Virus record (IMG/VR): IMGVR_UViG_2563366942_000012
From: a virus
Lineage: Duplodnaviria > Heunggongvirae > Uroviricota > Caudoviricetes
Length of the DNA stretch: 46,106 nt
Reading direction: 5' to 3' (one strand)
The position numbers were made by a program, and so were the translations under genes. The notes below the pieces were generated by a model that was not told where the DNA came from, searched no databases, and saw only the letters and a program-made list of their open reading frames with translations. Shown here piece after piece: positions 1-8,793 of the stretch (the first letter of the stretch is position 1; every line of letters starts with the position of its first letter).

Positions 1-1131
1 TCAAATGACCAGTTTTTTCCATTCCTTACCGCGTGCGTCGTTGTAAATATCGGTCATTTTTTGATTCGAATGGCCTAGCAAAATTTTGGTATCAACCCCC
101 TGCTCTCTGAACAATCGCTCTGATAAAGATCTCTGCTCATGGAAAGAGGGAGGGGTGCCATTAGCACGCCAGTTGTAATCCACAGAATCCCGGGCTTTTT
201 TAAATGCAACGGTTAATGTTGCTGGCTTAACCATCCCGCCGCGCTTAGCTGTCCCTTTCGCGTGATGGTGGTGCAATAGCCACGGACTAAGAACGCAATC
301 GCGGCAGGATGACACCACATCATCTAGGGTGAGATTTAATTTATCGCAACGCAGAGCCAGAGGGATGGCAATCCGGGTTCCTGTTTTTTGCTGTTCGACA
401 TGAAGATAACCATCCCGGATATCCGAAAATTGCATTTTGCAAATATCTGAAAGGCGCTGGCCTGTCATCAGTGCCAGCAGCATACCGCGCTGTAAAAAGT
501 AACCATCCTTTTCCGCTGCGTTATAAATCATCATCCACTCATCAAAAGTCAGTCGCTGTCTTGATATCCGCACCTGCGGTTTTTTTGCCGATTCTGCAGG
601 GTTAAAGCCTGGCGGGACATCGCCCGTTTGCTGAGCTTCCCGGAAAACATCGATCAGTACTTTCCTGAAAATTTGTCCCATTCTGTTATGTCCTCTGGCC
701 TTGTACTCTTCCAGTACTGATACCACATCTTTTACGGTTATGGCATCTAACGGTCTGGTGCCAAAACGTTCATCAAATACCCTGAGAGGGGCCGCTTTCT
801 GTTTCAGCGTGTTGAGTTTGATCTCGCCGTTTTCATATCTTTCCTGTTGAATTTTTCTGTAATTATTCAGAAAAATGGTAACGGTTGATGAACCGCCGGT
901 ATCACTAATAATTTTCTCCTGCAGACTGAGCATTTGTTCCATTTGCTGCCGGGCAAGACGGCTGTTCGCTTCTGCTGCAATAGTTTCTGCCAGTTTCTGG
1001 TCAATACTGCCGAGACCGTGATTTTTGCCTGTTATGGGATGCCTGTAACGCCAGTAAACTTTGTTATTTCTTTTGTCAAAATACGGAGATAATCCCGGAA
1101 CATCGGTTTTATATTTTCGCGGGCGCGCCAT
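1..1131 (-). CDS. int: Phage integrase (tyrosine recombinase)
   Basis: 376 aa ORF at prophage edge, overlapped at its 5' end by an excisionase-like ORF; C-terminal region typical of tyrosine recombinases; GAGGA Shine-Dalgarno 6 nt upstream of ATG. Confidence 0.85.
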   Translation of the reverse strand: MARPRKYKTDVPGLSPYFDKRNNKVYWRYRHPITGKNHGLGSIDQKLAETIAAEANSRLARQQMEQMLSLQEKIISDTGGSSTVTIFLNNYRKIQQERYENGEIKLNTLKQKAAPLRVFDERFGTRPLDAITVKDVVSVLEEYKARGHNRMGQIFRKVLIDVFREAQQTGDVPPGFNPAESAKKPQVRISRQRLTFDEWMMIYNAAEKDGYFLQRGMLLALMTGQRLSDICKMQFSDIRDGYLHVEQQKTGTRIAIPLALRCDKLNLTLDDVVSSCRDCVLSPWLLHHHHAKGTAKRGGMVKPATLTVAFKKARDSVDYNWRANGTPPSFHEQRSLSERLFREQGVDTKILLGHSNQKMTDIYNDARGKEWKKLVI

Positions 1132-1357
1132 CTTCCAGTATCCTCTTCAAAGCAGGGTGATCTGTGGCGATCACCTCCGGCTTGTTTACCATTCCGACAA
1201 AGCGAGCTTGCGGATCCACTCGCCAGCGTCTTCCAACTTTTTTGGGGAGAGGAAATATCATTCCGGCTTTAGCGTATTTACTTAACGTACTCGGAGTAGG
1301 GACCGGTTCACTGAATTCCTCTTTTGCCCACTCAGTGAGCAGAATAAGTCTTGCCAT
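1109..1357 (-). CDS. xis: Excisionase-like DNA-binding protein
   Basis: 82 aa basic protein immediately upstream of and overlapping int; position and size typical of lambdoid Xis/AlpA-like proteins. Confidence 0.7.
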   Translation of the reverse strand: MARLILLTEWAKEEFSEPVPTPSTLSKYAKAGMIFPLPKKVGRRWRVDPQARFVGMVNKPEVIATDHPALKRILEDGAPAKI

Positions 1358-1421
1358 GAGCGTCGTTCGCTAATCATGGTCGCCGCCACTATAGCTGGTG
1401 GGCAACGACCGGGGTTGAACA

Positions 1422-3893
1422 TTAAAAATCAGCCTGATTCGGGATCAGTTTTTGCCAGATAGCTGAAACGTATTTTGCCTGGTAACGGGCATCATCCAGC
1501 GCATTGTGGCGCTCACCTTCGAATGGGATAGCAGTTCTGGCATCGAAGTCTACGGCTTTCCCCAGCTCAACGATTGTGCGTACATCGCGATCGTTGCAGT
1601 AGCGCCACGGGCAGGGGATACCCTGTCGTTCGTATGAACGGCGCAAAATCGTGTTGTCGAAGTTGGCCCCATTACCCCAGACCTGAACAAAAAACTCACC
1701 GGAGTTTTCGTCGATAAATTCCCGCAATTGCAGTAGTGCATCATCTAACGGGATTTCATCGGTCATAATGGCAGACTGCGCTTCACGTGATTGCTTCAGC
1801 CACCATTTAATGACGTCACGATCAATGACTCCGCCAGCAGTATCCAGATCGATGGTCTTGCTAAATTCTGGTCCCATATCTCCGGTTTGCGGATCGAAAA
1901 ATATTGCGCCTATTGAGATAATCGGGGCATCGGGATTTTTTCCCATGGTTTCAAGGTCGATCATCAGATGAATCCCCGCTCTGCTGGTGGATGTGAGATT
2001 ATGATGACTGTTCGCCTTAATTAAGGGATCTGACGCCTCGCCAGTTTCACTATCGCTGGCATGATGCTGATTGCCGCCAGTGTTCTCCTTGTGCTGATGT
2101 GCAGTACCTTCCATTTCCTCCGGATCATTTTCCTGAACTTCAGGCTGATTCTCTTCATCGAATATTTCCTGGTATGTTGCGTCGCCCATCACCGCGCCAC
2201 AATCAGGGCAGTTGCCGCCGCCGGTCTGACCGCAGGCGGTGCAGACTTTTTCCGGTTCCTGTTGCGCCACTGGTTCAGGCTGTTTCGTTTCTGGCTCGTT
2301 TTGTAACGCATTTGGGCTGTTTTGTTCCGCTTTCTGGTCGTTCTGTTCCGTTTCTTGCTGGTTCTGGTTCACAGAATCGCGGGTTTCAATCCCCTTCACC
2401 CATTTCGGATCATTCGGGTCGCTAATCCCTGCAACAAATTCACCACGTGATGCGGCGAGCAACTGATTGGCGTCAGGCTGGCTGATATTGGCTGCCTGCA
2501 TAATTTTCTTTACTTCGTCAGCGGTAACTTTTACCGGTTCTGGTTGTTCAGAATTTTGTGCGGTATTTGCATTTTGCGGTAAGCCTGTGTATGTGCCATT
2601 TTTTCGGGCAAAATATTCTTCTTTTGTGATTTCAGTAGCCCCGGCAGCCAGCGCCTTATCCAGACCAGAAAGTTTGTTTGCGCGACCGTATTTTTCGCAA
2701 TCCTTGTCGGTGAAGAAGAAGTAGAACGGCCCCTCACGCTCTACAGATGGTTCGACTTCCACTTTGCATTCGGTTTTTTCGTTGTCCGGAATTGCCGTTT
2801 CCACTGCATCAGTTTCTGGTACTGGCGACGAGAGAGTGTCAGTTGCGCTCTGATTTGTTCCTTCATCTTCAAACACGCCCTTTGTAGTCAGGTATTCAGT
2901 AATGTATTTGTTCAGTGCCACAGGGTCTTTGTGAATGTCGATCGGACGTTCACGGACAAGGCCAAAAATAGTCTGGCGGTCGTAGCGAAGGGCATCAGGC
3001 TGTTTGCGCATTGATGCCGAGATACTCTTCCAGTCTTCGCGGTCGTTGTCGATAACTTCATTTTTTGCCCAGCGATGGATGCTGCCGTCAATGTTTCCGG
3101 CATCCACATCACCAGGCCAGAGAGCGTAGGCCAGTTCGTCATCCAGTGTTTTCCATGTCTGCTTATATTCGCGACGAATGACTGCAGTGACAGGGGGGAT
3201 TTTTTCTGCTGAGTTTTCAGTGTGCTGTCGGTGGACTCTGGCGCGGGCGAGATCAACAACAGACGTGTATTTTCCGGTTTCCTTGCGTTCACCTTCGCGA
3301 CGTTTTTTCCAGATGCGCATCTCTGCCTGAATTTCGGGCCATTTGGCACCAGGCTTACATTTATGCTTAACCCACCCGATGGCATGCAGCTTAAGCTCCG
3401 GATACATGGCGTTAACTTCTGGCATTTTCATCAACGCTTCAACGATATGTCCGTCGAATGTTGCCATGTCTTCCTGCAACAATTCCTGCGCGCTAATCAC
3501 CATATCAACGGTGATGTTTTCACATGTGTCGAACTTAACCATGACAGCGTTCTGTACTTCAGGGGCCAGCTTGTCAAAAGCGACGTTCATCGGATCTGAT
3601 TCAGTCTCAACCGGGACAAAGGAAGTAGCCCCCTCATCCCAGCGGTTTTCCTGCATATATTCAGCATCCCATGAATCGAGGGCAGGGCGGGGTATACCGG
3701 GTTTATCCTCGCAAACAAGAAATTTATAAGCGCAGTCCTGAGCAGCCGGATAATGCTCCAGGAATTGCCAGTGAAATTTTGCGCGGGCGCGACGTTCATC
3801 ACCGGCTTCAATGGCAGTGGCTACAGCGACTGCACCTTCTTCCTTTATTGCCTGTTCGTCCGGAATGGCGGCGCAAATAAAGACTTTACTCAT
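1422..3893 (-). CDS. Large putative exonuclease with C-terminal DEDDh (DnaQ-like) 3'-5' exonuclease domain; this class is often annotated as exodeoxyribonuclease VIII
   Basis: 823 aa; C-terminus has exonuclease motifs (HLMIDLETMG ... NALDDARYQAKY); a CxxC...CxxC zinc-ribbon in the middle; acidic low-complexity linker; located in the early-left operon. Confidence 0.7.
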   Translation of the reverse strand: MSKVFICAAIPDEQAIKEEGAVAVATAIEAGDERRARAKFHWQFLEHYPAAQDCAYKFLVCEDKPGIPRPALDSWDAEYMQENRWDEGATSFVPVETESDPMNVAFDKLAPEVQNAVMVKFDTCENITVDMVISAQELLQEDMATFDGHIVEALMKMPEVNAMYPELKLHAIGWVKHKCKPGAKWPEIQAEMRIWKKRREGERKETGKYTSVVDLARARVHRQHTENSAEKIPPVTAVIRREYKQTWKTLDDELAYALWPGDVDAGNIDGSIHRWAKNEVIDNDREDWKSISASMRKQPDALRYDRQTIFGLVRERPIDIHKDPVALNKYITEYLTTKGVFEDEGTNQSATDTLSSPVPETDAVETAIPDNEKTECKVEVEPSVEREGPFYFFFTDKDCEKYGRANKLSGLDKALAAGATEITKEEYFARKNGTYTGLPQNANTAQNSEQPEPVKVTADEVKKIMQAANISQPDANQLLAASRGEFVAGISDPNDPKWVKGIETRDSVNQNQQETEQNDQKAEQNSPNALQNEPETKQPEPVAQQEPEKVCTACGQTGGGNCPDCGAVMGDATYQEIFDEENQPEVQENDPEEMEGTAHQHKENTGGNQHHASDSETGEASDPLIKANSHHNLTSTSRAGIHLMIDLETMGKNPDAPIISIGAIFFDPQTGDMGPEFSKTIDLDTAGGVIDRDVIKWWLKQSREAQSAIMTDEIPLDDALLQLREFIDENSGEFFVQVWGNGANFDNTILRRSYERQGIPCPWRYCNDRDVRTIVELGKAVDFDARTAIPFEGERHNALDDARYQAKYVSAIWQKLIPNQADF

Positions 3894-3985
3894 TTTGTTT
3901 TACCTCATTACAGATTTAAGGGTGAACAAATCCCTGCCATTGCTGGCATATAAGAATGAAATCGGATGTTTATTACGGAACTGTT

Positions 3986-4186
3986 TTAAAGACCTGCCGG
4001 GATTTCGCTATTATCCTGGTGAATAACTTTATCGACAGGGTAACAGTTACCGGGAATTTTCTGTTCGGTTGCTGCAGTCACACACTCCTGCATTGTCCTG
4101 TGAACACTGACTGCAATATCAACTGGCTCTCCGGAAACAAGAAAAACTGTCAGAACAAGTGCAAATGCTGTATTCATTGCCAGCAT
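3986..4186 (-). CDS. Small secreted/membrane protein immediately downstream of dicB (YdfD-like by position)
   Basis: 66 aa from internal ATG; N-terminal hydrophobic signal-like segment (MLAMNTAFALVLTVFLVSG); overlaps dicB stop by 13 nt. Confidence 0.45.
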   Translation of the reverse strand: MLAMNTAFALVLTVFLVSGEPVDIAVSVHRTMQECVTAATEQKIPGNCYPVDKVIHQDNSEIPAGL

Positions 4187-4362
4187 CCTTTTTGTATCGG
4201 ACGTAAACGGGCCAGCATTGAAAGAATGCATATTTTATTTAATAACTCCCGTTCGTGTTTTCTCTTGTTAATGGCATCTTCAGTAAATACAGGGTTACTG
4301 ATAGTGACACCAATTTCAAAACAACCTTCAGACGTATTAACGTTTGGTAATAACGTTTCCAT
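4174..4362 (-). CDS. dicB: Cell division inhibitor DicB
   Basis: 62 aa product METLLPNVNTSEGCFEIGVTISNPVFTEDAINKRK...KGCWQ is near-identical to my recollection of E. coli DicB; the listed 97 aa ORF is an upstream in-frame extension. Confidence 0.85.
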   Translation of the reverse strand: METLLPNVNTSEGCFEIGVTISNPVFTEDAINKRKHERELLNKICILSMLARLRPIQKGCWQ

Positions 4363-4536
4363 TATCGCGTCCTCAACAATGAATTTTGTGATGCGGTGCC
4401 TGGTGCCTCCAGGTGACGTTAACCAGTTAACAATTAACGCCGGATACAGAGAATCCACCCATAACACTGTTTTTGGTTTTAACTGTTCCGCGTGCGCTTA
4501 GCCGCATTCACTGCATCACAAAATTCACTTTAAAAA

Positions 4537-4589
4537 GGGTGGCAGAGCAGTCACGGAGTAGAACTGATGCCACCAAAGACTACACATGG
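4537..4589 (-). ncRNA. dicF: DicF small RNA
   Basis: Minus-strand sequence ...GGUGGCAUCAGUUCUACUCCGUGACUGCUCUGCCACCC followed by a U-run closely matches remembered DicF, including the 3' hairpin; lies just upstream of dicB as in the Qin dicB operon. Ends approximate. Confidence 0.7.
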
Positions 4590-4910
4590 ATATTGTGGCG
4601 GGCTGTCACTTAAGCGTATGGTCAGCCTGACAACCCGGTGTCCTCAAGGGGAAGGAATAACCCCGCCATACTTACCGCCGCGCCATTTCGCGGATTGCCA
4701 CAACCGGAAGCGCACGGTCGAATTAAATTTAACGACAAAGTACAGAGAGACGAGCTTCTCCGTGTGCTTTCGCGTTATGCTCTGACTTTTCAGAGAAATA
4801 TCCTTTCAGTAAACTGTCAGTGCCGGATGTTCACCCGTGTCCGGCGCACGCACTCCACTTCACCCGTGGAGAACTCCTTAATTACCAACCTTAGCTTCGT
4901 TGGTTAGCTA

Positions 4911-5129
4911 TTAACGCGGGTATGTAATCATTCTGGCAATGCTTAATGCCGCTGCTTTTTCCAGATTGGTGATATCCTGCTCCAGAGCGGACAGATTTTC
5001 AGCCTGCTTAGCCCTGGCTTCATTGGCCCATTTCAGATCCTGCGCTGCATTAATTTTCTGGCGCATCCACTCATAAAGTTCATCATCGGTATAGTCTGGC
5101 GCGATGATGACGGGTTCTCGTTTCTGCAT
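4911..5129 (-). CDS. Hypothetical small coiled-coil protein of the early-left operon
   Basis: 72 aa ORF with strong AAGGAG Shine-Dalgarno upstream; same strand as dicF/dicB. Confidence 0.5.
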   Translation of the reverse strand: MQKREPVIIAPDYTDDELYEWMRQKINAAQDLKWANEARAKQAENLSALEQDITNLEKAAALSIARMITYPR

Positions 5130-5221
5130 GTCGGCTCCTTGTGGTTAGCGTTGCCTGCTTTTAACCACGTCAGGCGAGGTGGTATCCTCTGAGGGGTCTG
5201 TTACTCGAGAGGAAATTGGTT

Positions 5222-5422
5222 ATGAGTACAATCAAGTTTTCTTGCCCAGAATGTGGTGGCGAAGTCTTTGACACATCCTTTAAGCCGCAGGGCTCTGACA
5301 GTTTCGCGGGAGCCATCTGCAAAAATTGTGGTCACCTTGTAACTGAAGATGAGTCCTCGCAGTTCGATGACGAAATCGTTGACAATATCTTCGGTGCACT
5401 CACCAGAGACTTTCTGAAGTAA
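5222..5422 (+). CDS. Small zinc-ribbon protein (CPECGG...CKNCG)
   Basis: 66 aa from ATG with GAGAGGA Shine-Dalgarno; two CxxC pairs typical of a zinc ribbon; divergent from the 4911..5129 gene. A minus-strand ORF overlaps it, so the coding strand is uncertain. Confidence 0.45.
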   Translation: MSTIKFSCPECGGEVFDTSFKPQGSDSFAGAICKNCGHLVTEDESSQFDDEIVDNIFGALTRDFLK

Positions 5423-5739
5423 AGGCGCATACCGCTTAGTTACCGCTCTGATAATTCTTACCTGTCCGGCAATGGCGCTGATGTCAATATAAAGCGCCAT
5501 TGCTGCTTCTTTGCCGATCCCGGGATGCCTTCCATTCTGATGTTTGACTTCGCCCACTGAGAAATCCTCTGTTTCCCCTTAACGCCGGGGTAGCGGAACA
5601 AAAACCTGCTGCATAGTTATTAAAGTTGAACCCTGCCGTCATGTTCTTACGCCTCGGGCTGGCTACTTAACCCCTGACCACTGCCTGGTAACTCGAAGTA
5701 TTGCCCTGCATTCTGTGGGGCGGGGTGGGTGGCAGGTAT

Positions 5740-5800
5740 ATAATGTACTTTGCGTTCATTGTTGTAAAGTACTTTTAGTACATTTTGTGTGTAAAAAAAT
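5740..5800 (-). promoter_or_regulatory. Candidate leftward early promoter/operator (PL/OL analogue)
   Basis: Inverted repeats built on TGTACT/AGTACA half-sites just downstream of the repressor gene; the same half-sites recur in the divergent region at 6290..6345. Confidence 0.45.
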
Positions 5801-5858
5801 GAGATGGGATAAAGTGAAGCACAAACCCGGAGGAAGGCGCTACCGGATTTATGCTGGT

Positions 5859-6278
5859 TTAAGAGGCTTTTTGTTTTTTCTTTCGTGCTAACTCTTCGTA
5901 AATTGCATTGTACTTCTGTTTTTTCTCTTCAAGAGTTTTTAAAAGTTCATCTGTCTCACTGTCAGGGAGCTCGTCCAGAAGGTCAATGATGATTTTTTGT
6001 CTTGGATTTAACTCCTGATAGAAACGTACCTGTCCACTTTCTTCTGTATCCTCTCCCAAAAGATAGGTTGGTGTTGTTCCTATTAGTGTTGCTAATTCCC
6101 TTAATTTCTCCCGGCGAGGAATTGTTTCGCCATTAAACCATTTGCTAACCGCTTTTGGTGTTAATTTCATTCGACGGGCAATTTCTGCCTGCCTTCCATG
6201 TTGTTCATAACCAGCGTTTTCACAGGCTAGCGCAAGCCTACTGGCGAACTCTTTACGCGCTTTATCTTCATGAACCAT
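5859..6278 (-). CDS. cI/DicA-like prophage repressor (HTH-XRE)
   Basis: 139 aa; N-terminal helix-turn-helix (SRLALACENAGYEQHGRQAEIARRMKLTPKAVSKW); divergent from a Cro-like gene; no obvious Shine-Dalgarno, possibly leaderless. Confidence 0.8.
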   Translation of the reverse strand: MVHEDKARKEFASRLALACENAGYEQHGRQAEIARRMKLTPKAVSKWFNGETIPRREKLRELATLIGTTPTYLLGEDTEESGQVRFYQELNPRQKIIIDLLDELPDSETDELLKTLEEKKQKYNAIYEELARKKKQKAS

Positions 6279-6284
6279 AAGTTC

Positions 6285-6350
6285 AATGATATTCGCTCTT
6301 GAATGTACTGTCAGTTCTGTTATAGCATGTACTCAAAGTTCACATTGTGA
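6285..6350. promoter_or_regulatory. Divergent immunity promoter/operator region (OR; PRM/PR analogue)
   Basis: Intergenic region between divergent repressor and Cro-like genes with repeated ATGTACT operator-like half-sites and TTGAAT / TATAGC promoter-like hexamers. Confidence 0.5.
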
Positions 6351-6357
6351 GGGTGAT

Positions 6358-6612
6358 ATGAACCAGAAAACACTTGAAGATGTAATCAAAACTGTTCGCG
6401 TTGCTGTTGTGGCCGACGTTTGTGGTGTCAGCCAAAGAGCAATCTATAAATGGATGGATAACGGAAAATTGCCTCGCACAGAATATACCGGCGAAACAAA
6501 TTACGCTGAAAAAATCGCTCTTGCATCAAACGGATTATTTTCTGCCGATGCAATTTTAACTATTGGCAGGAATAAAACTACTACGAAAAAGCTGATGGGA
6601 GTTGATTCATGA
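6358..6612 (+). CDS. Cro/YdaS-like HTH regulator
   Basis: 84 aa from ATG with GAGGG Shine-Dalgarno; HTH segment VADVCGVSQRAIYKWMDNGKLP; stop overlaps start of next gene (ATGA). Confidence 0.7.
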   Translation: MNQKTLEDVIKTVRVAVVADVCGVSQRAIYKWMDNGKLPRTEYTGETNYAEKIALASNGLFSADAILTIGRNKTTTKKLMGVDS

Positions 6613-7034
6613 AAATCAAGCATGAACACATCCGCATGGCGATGAATGCCTGGGCGCATCCGGACGGCGAAAAAGTACCGGCTGCGAAAATTACCAAAGC
6701 GTATTTCGAGCTGGGAATGACGTTCCCGGAACTGTATGACGACAGCCATCCGGAAGCCCTGGCCCGTAATACCCAGAAAATTTTCCGTTGGCTGGATAAA
6801 GACACCCCTGATGCTGTTGAAAAAATGCAGGCTCTGTTACCGGCGATCGAAAAGGCGATGCCGCCTTTGCTGGTGGCCCGTATGCGCAGCCACAGTTCTG
6901 AATATTACCGTGAGATCGTCGAACGGAGGGATCGGCTGGTGAAGGATGTCGATGATTTTGTTGCGTCAGCGGTTGTTTTGTATGACCAGATGAATCGCGG
7001 CGGCCCGGCAGGGAATGCTGTGGTGATGCACTAA
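6609..7034 (+). CDS. YdaT-like protein (CII-position protein of Rac-type immunity regions)
   Basis: 141 aa beginning MKIKHEHI, matching my recollection of Rac YdaT; translationally coupled to the Cro-like gene. Confidence 0.55.
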   Translation: MKIKHEHIRMAMNAWAHPDGEKVPAAKITKAYFELGMTFPELYDDSHPEALARNTQKIFRWLDKDTPDAVEKMQALLPAIEKAMPPLLVARMRSHSSEYYREIVERRDRLVKDVDDFVASAVVLYDQMNRGGPAGNAVVMH

Positions 7035-7056
7035 AAGCACGGTGTTCGGGGGGGTT

Positions 7057-8019
7057 ATGAGCAGCAAGCTTCATGGTCTTGTCTGGGAAGGGTGCGCCTT
7101 CACCGGCATGATCTTATCCAGGGTGGCGGTTATGGCCCGTCTTGCAGACTACAGCAATGACGAGGGCGTGTCATGGCCTGCCATTGAAACTATCCGGCGT
7201 CAGATCGGTGCAAGAAGTGAATCCACAGTGAAATCGGCTATTGCAGAACTGGCGAAAGAGGGCTGGCTGACGAAGGAAGAGCGTAAGGTCGGTGGGCGTA
7301 ATGTAAGCAATATCTATCGGCTTAATGTGGAAAAACTCGAAGCAGCTGCGGCGGCGGCGCGTGAGTCATATAAACCGAAAAGAAAAATTAGCCCGGCAAA
7401 AAATGACCCGTTAACAGTTGACCCGTCAAATATTGACCCCTCAACGGTTGACCCGTCAAATTTTGATGGATCAACTGTTGATAAAAAACTGCCGATTAGG
7501 GGGGCGATGATTGACCCCGATCCGTCAGTATTAAAACCTGATCCGTCAGATAAAAGATCTTCTTGTCCGGACGCTTCGCAACCGGACCCGCAGACGGCTG
7601 AACAGGATTTTTTAACCCGACACCCTGACGCGGTTGTGTTCAGTGCGAAAAAACGCCAGTGGGGAAGTCAGGAAGATTTGGTGTGCGCACAGTGGATCTG
7701 GGGACGAATCGTGAGTCTTTACGAGCAGGCGGCCAGCTATGATGGCGAGATCACTAGACCGAAAGAACCCAACTGGACAGCATGGGCCAATGACGTTCGC
7801 ACAATGCGGATGCTGGATGGCAGAACTCACAGACAAATTTGTGAAATGTTTGGGCGTCTCCAGCGGGATTCGTTCTGGGTAAAAAACATCATGAGTCCGG
7901 CAAAACTCCGGGAAAAATGGGATGAACTGGTTATCCGCCTGGGGCGTTCGCCTGCGCAGCGTTGCGTGAATCACATTTCTGAACCGGACACTGAAATACC
8001 GCCGGGATTCAGGGGGTGA
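7057..8019 (+). CDS. Replication initiation protein (O-like, N-terminal winged-helix DNA-binding domain)
   Basis: About 320 aa from ATG at 7057 (GGGGGG Shine-Dalgarno); N-terminal HTH; internal DP(L/S)(T/N)VDPSN peptide repeats encoded by DNA iterons; followed by a DnaC-like gene. Confidence 0.75.
   Translation: MSSKLHGLVWEGCAFTGMILSRVAVMARLADYSNDEGVSWPAIETIRRQIGARSESTVKSAIAELAKEGWLTKEERKVGGRNVSNIYRLNVEKLEAAAAAARESYKPKRKISPAKNDPLTVDPSNIDPSTVDPSNFDGSTVDKKLPIRGAMIDPDPSVLKPDPSDKRSSCPDASQPDPQTAEQDFLTRHPDAVVFSAKKRQWGSQEDLVCAQWIWGRIVSLYEQAASYDGEITRPKEPNWTAWANDVRTMRMLDGRTHRQICEMFGRLQRDSFWVKNIMSPAKLREKWDELVIRLGRSPAQRCVNHISEPDTEIPPGFRG
7402..7490. repeat. Iteron array (candidate phage replication origin) inside the O-like gene
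   Basis: Five to six tandem copies of a roughly 15 bp unit (consensus GTTGACCCGTCAAAT) followed by an A-rich stretch. Confidence 0.6.
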
Positions 8020-8025
8020 CGTGTC

Positions 8026-8772
8026 ATGAAAAACATTGCGGCAGTTGGGGTTCTTGAACGTATTCGCAGACTTGCACCACAGGGGTCGGTTCCACCGTAC
8101 CGGACGGTGGAGGAGTGGCGGGAATGGCAACTTGCTGAAGGACGAAAACGCAGCGAGGAGATTAACCGCCAGAATCGCCAGTTGCGGGTGGAAAAAATCC
8201 TGAATCGTTCGGGCATCCAGCCTCTGCACAGCAAATGCTCGTTTGCAAATTATCAGGTGCAGAACGACGGGCAAAAATACGCGCTGAGCCAGGCCAAATC
8301 CATAGCTGACGAACTGATGACCGGGTGCACGAATTTTGTGTTCAGCGGTAAAACCGGCACCGGGAAAAATCACCTTGCAGCGGCGATGGGCAACCGGCTG
8401 ATGGTGAAGGGGCGCAGCGTGATTATCGTCACCGTGTCTGACGTCATGAGCGTGTTGCATGACAGCTACGACAACGGCAAATCCGGGGAAAAATTTTTAC
8501 AGGAGCTTTGCGGGGTTGATTTGCTGGTCCTGGATGAAATAGGCGTTCAGCGGGAGACGAAAAACGAGCAGGTGGTATTGCACCAGATAATTGATCGCCG
8601 GACAGCATCACTGTGCAGTGTCGGGATGTTAACAAACCTGAATCATGCCGCAATGAGTACGCTTCTTGGTGAGAGGATTATGGACCGCATGACCATGAAC
8701 GGTGGTCGATGGGTGACGTTTAACTGGGATAGCTGGCGTCCAAATGTCAGCAATATGAGGGTTGTGAAGTAA
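8026..8772 (+). CDS. DnaC-like helicase loader (AAA+ ATPase)
   Basis: 248 aa; Walker A GKTGTGKNHLAAA, Walker B LLVLDEIG; immediately downstream of the O-like gene. Confidence 0.85.
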   Translation: MKNIAAVGVLERIRRLAPQGSVPPYRTVEEWREWQLAEGRKRSEEINRQNRQLRVEKILNRSGIQPLHSKCSFANYQVQNDGQKYALSQAKSIADELMTGCTNFVFSGKTGTGKNHLAAAMGNRLMVKGRSVIIVTVSDVMSVLHDSYDNGKSGEKFLQELCGVDLLVLDEIGVQRETKNEQVVLHQIIDRRTASLCSVGMLTNLNHAAMSTLLGERIMDRMTMNGGRWVTFNWDSWRPNVSNMRVVK

Positions 8773-8793
8773 TTTTGTCCGGAGGAAATTTTA

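Noticed and set aside
5201-5557. 118 aa minus-strand ORF as an N-like antiterminator
   Set aside because: Begins with a non-ATG codon, has no Arg-rich ARM motif, and overlaps a plus-strand zinc-ribbon ORF with a good ribosome-binding site; kept only as an alternative in the findings.
6286-6357. Upstream in-frame extension of the Cro-like ORF
   Set aside because: The extension covers the operator/promoter region; the ATG at 6358 has a proper Shine-Dalgarno and gives a Cro-sized protein.
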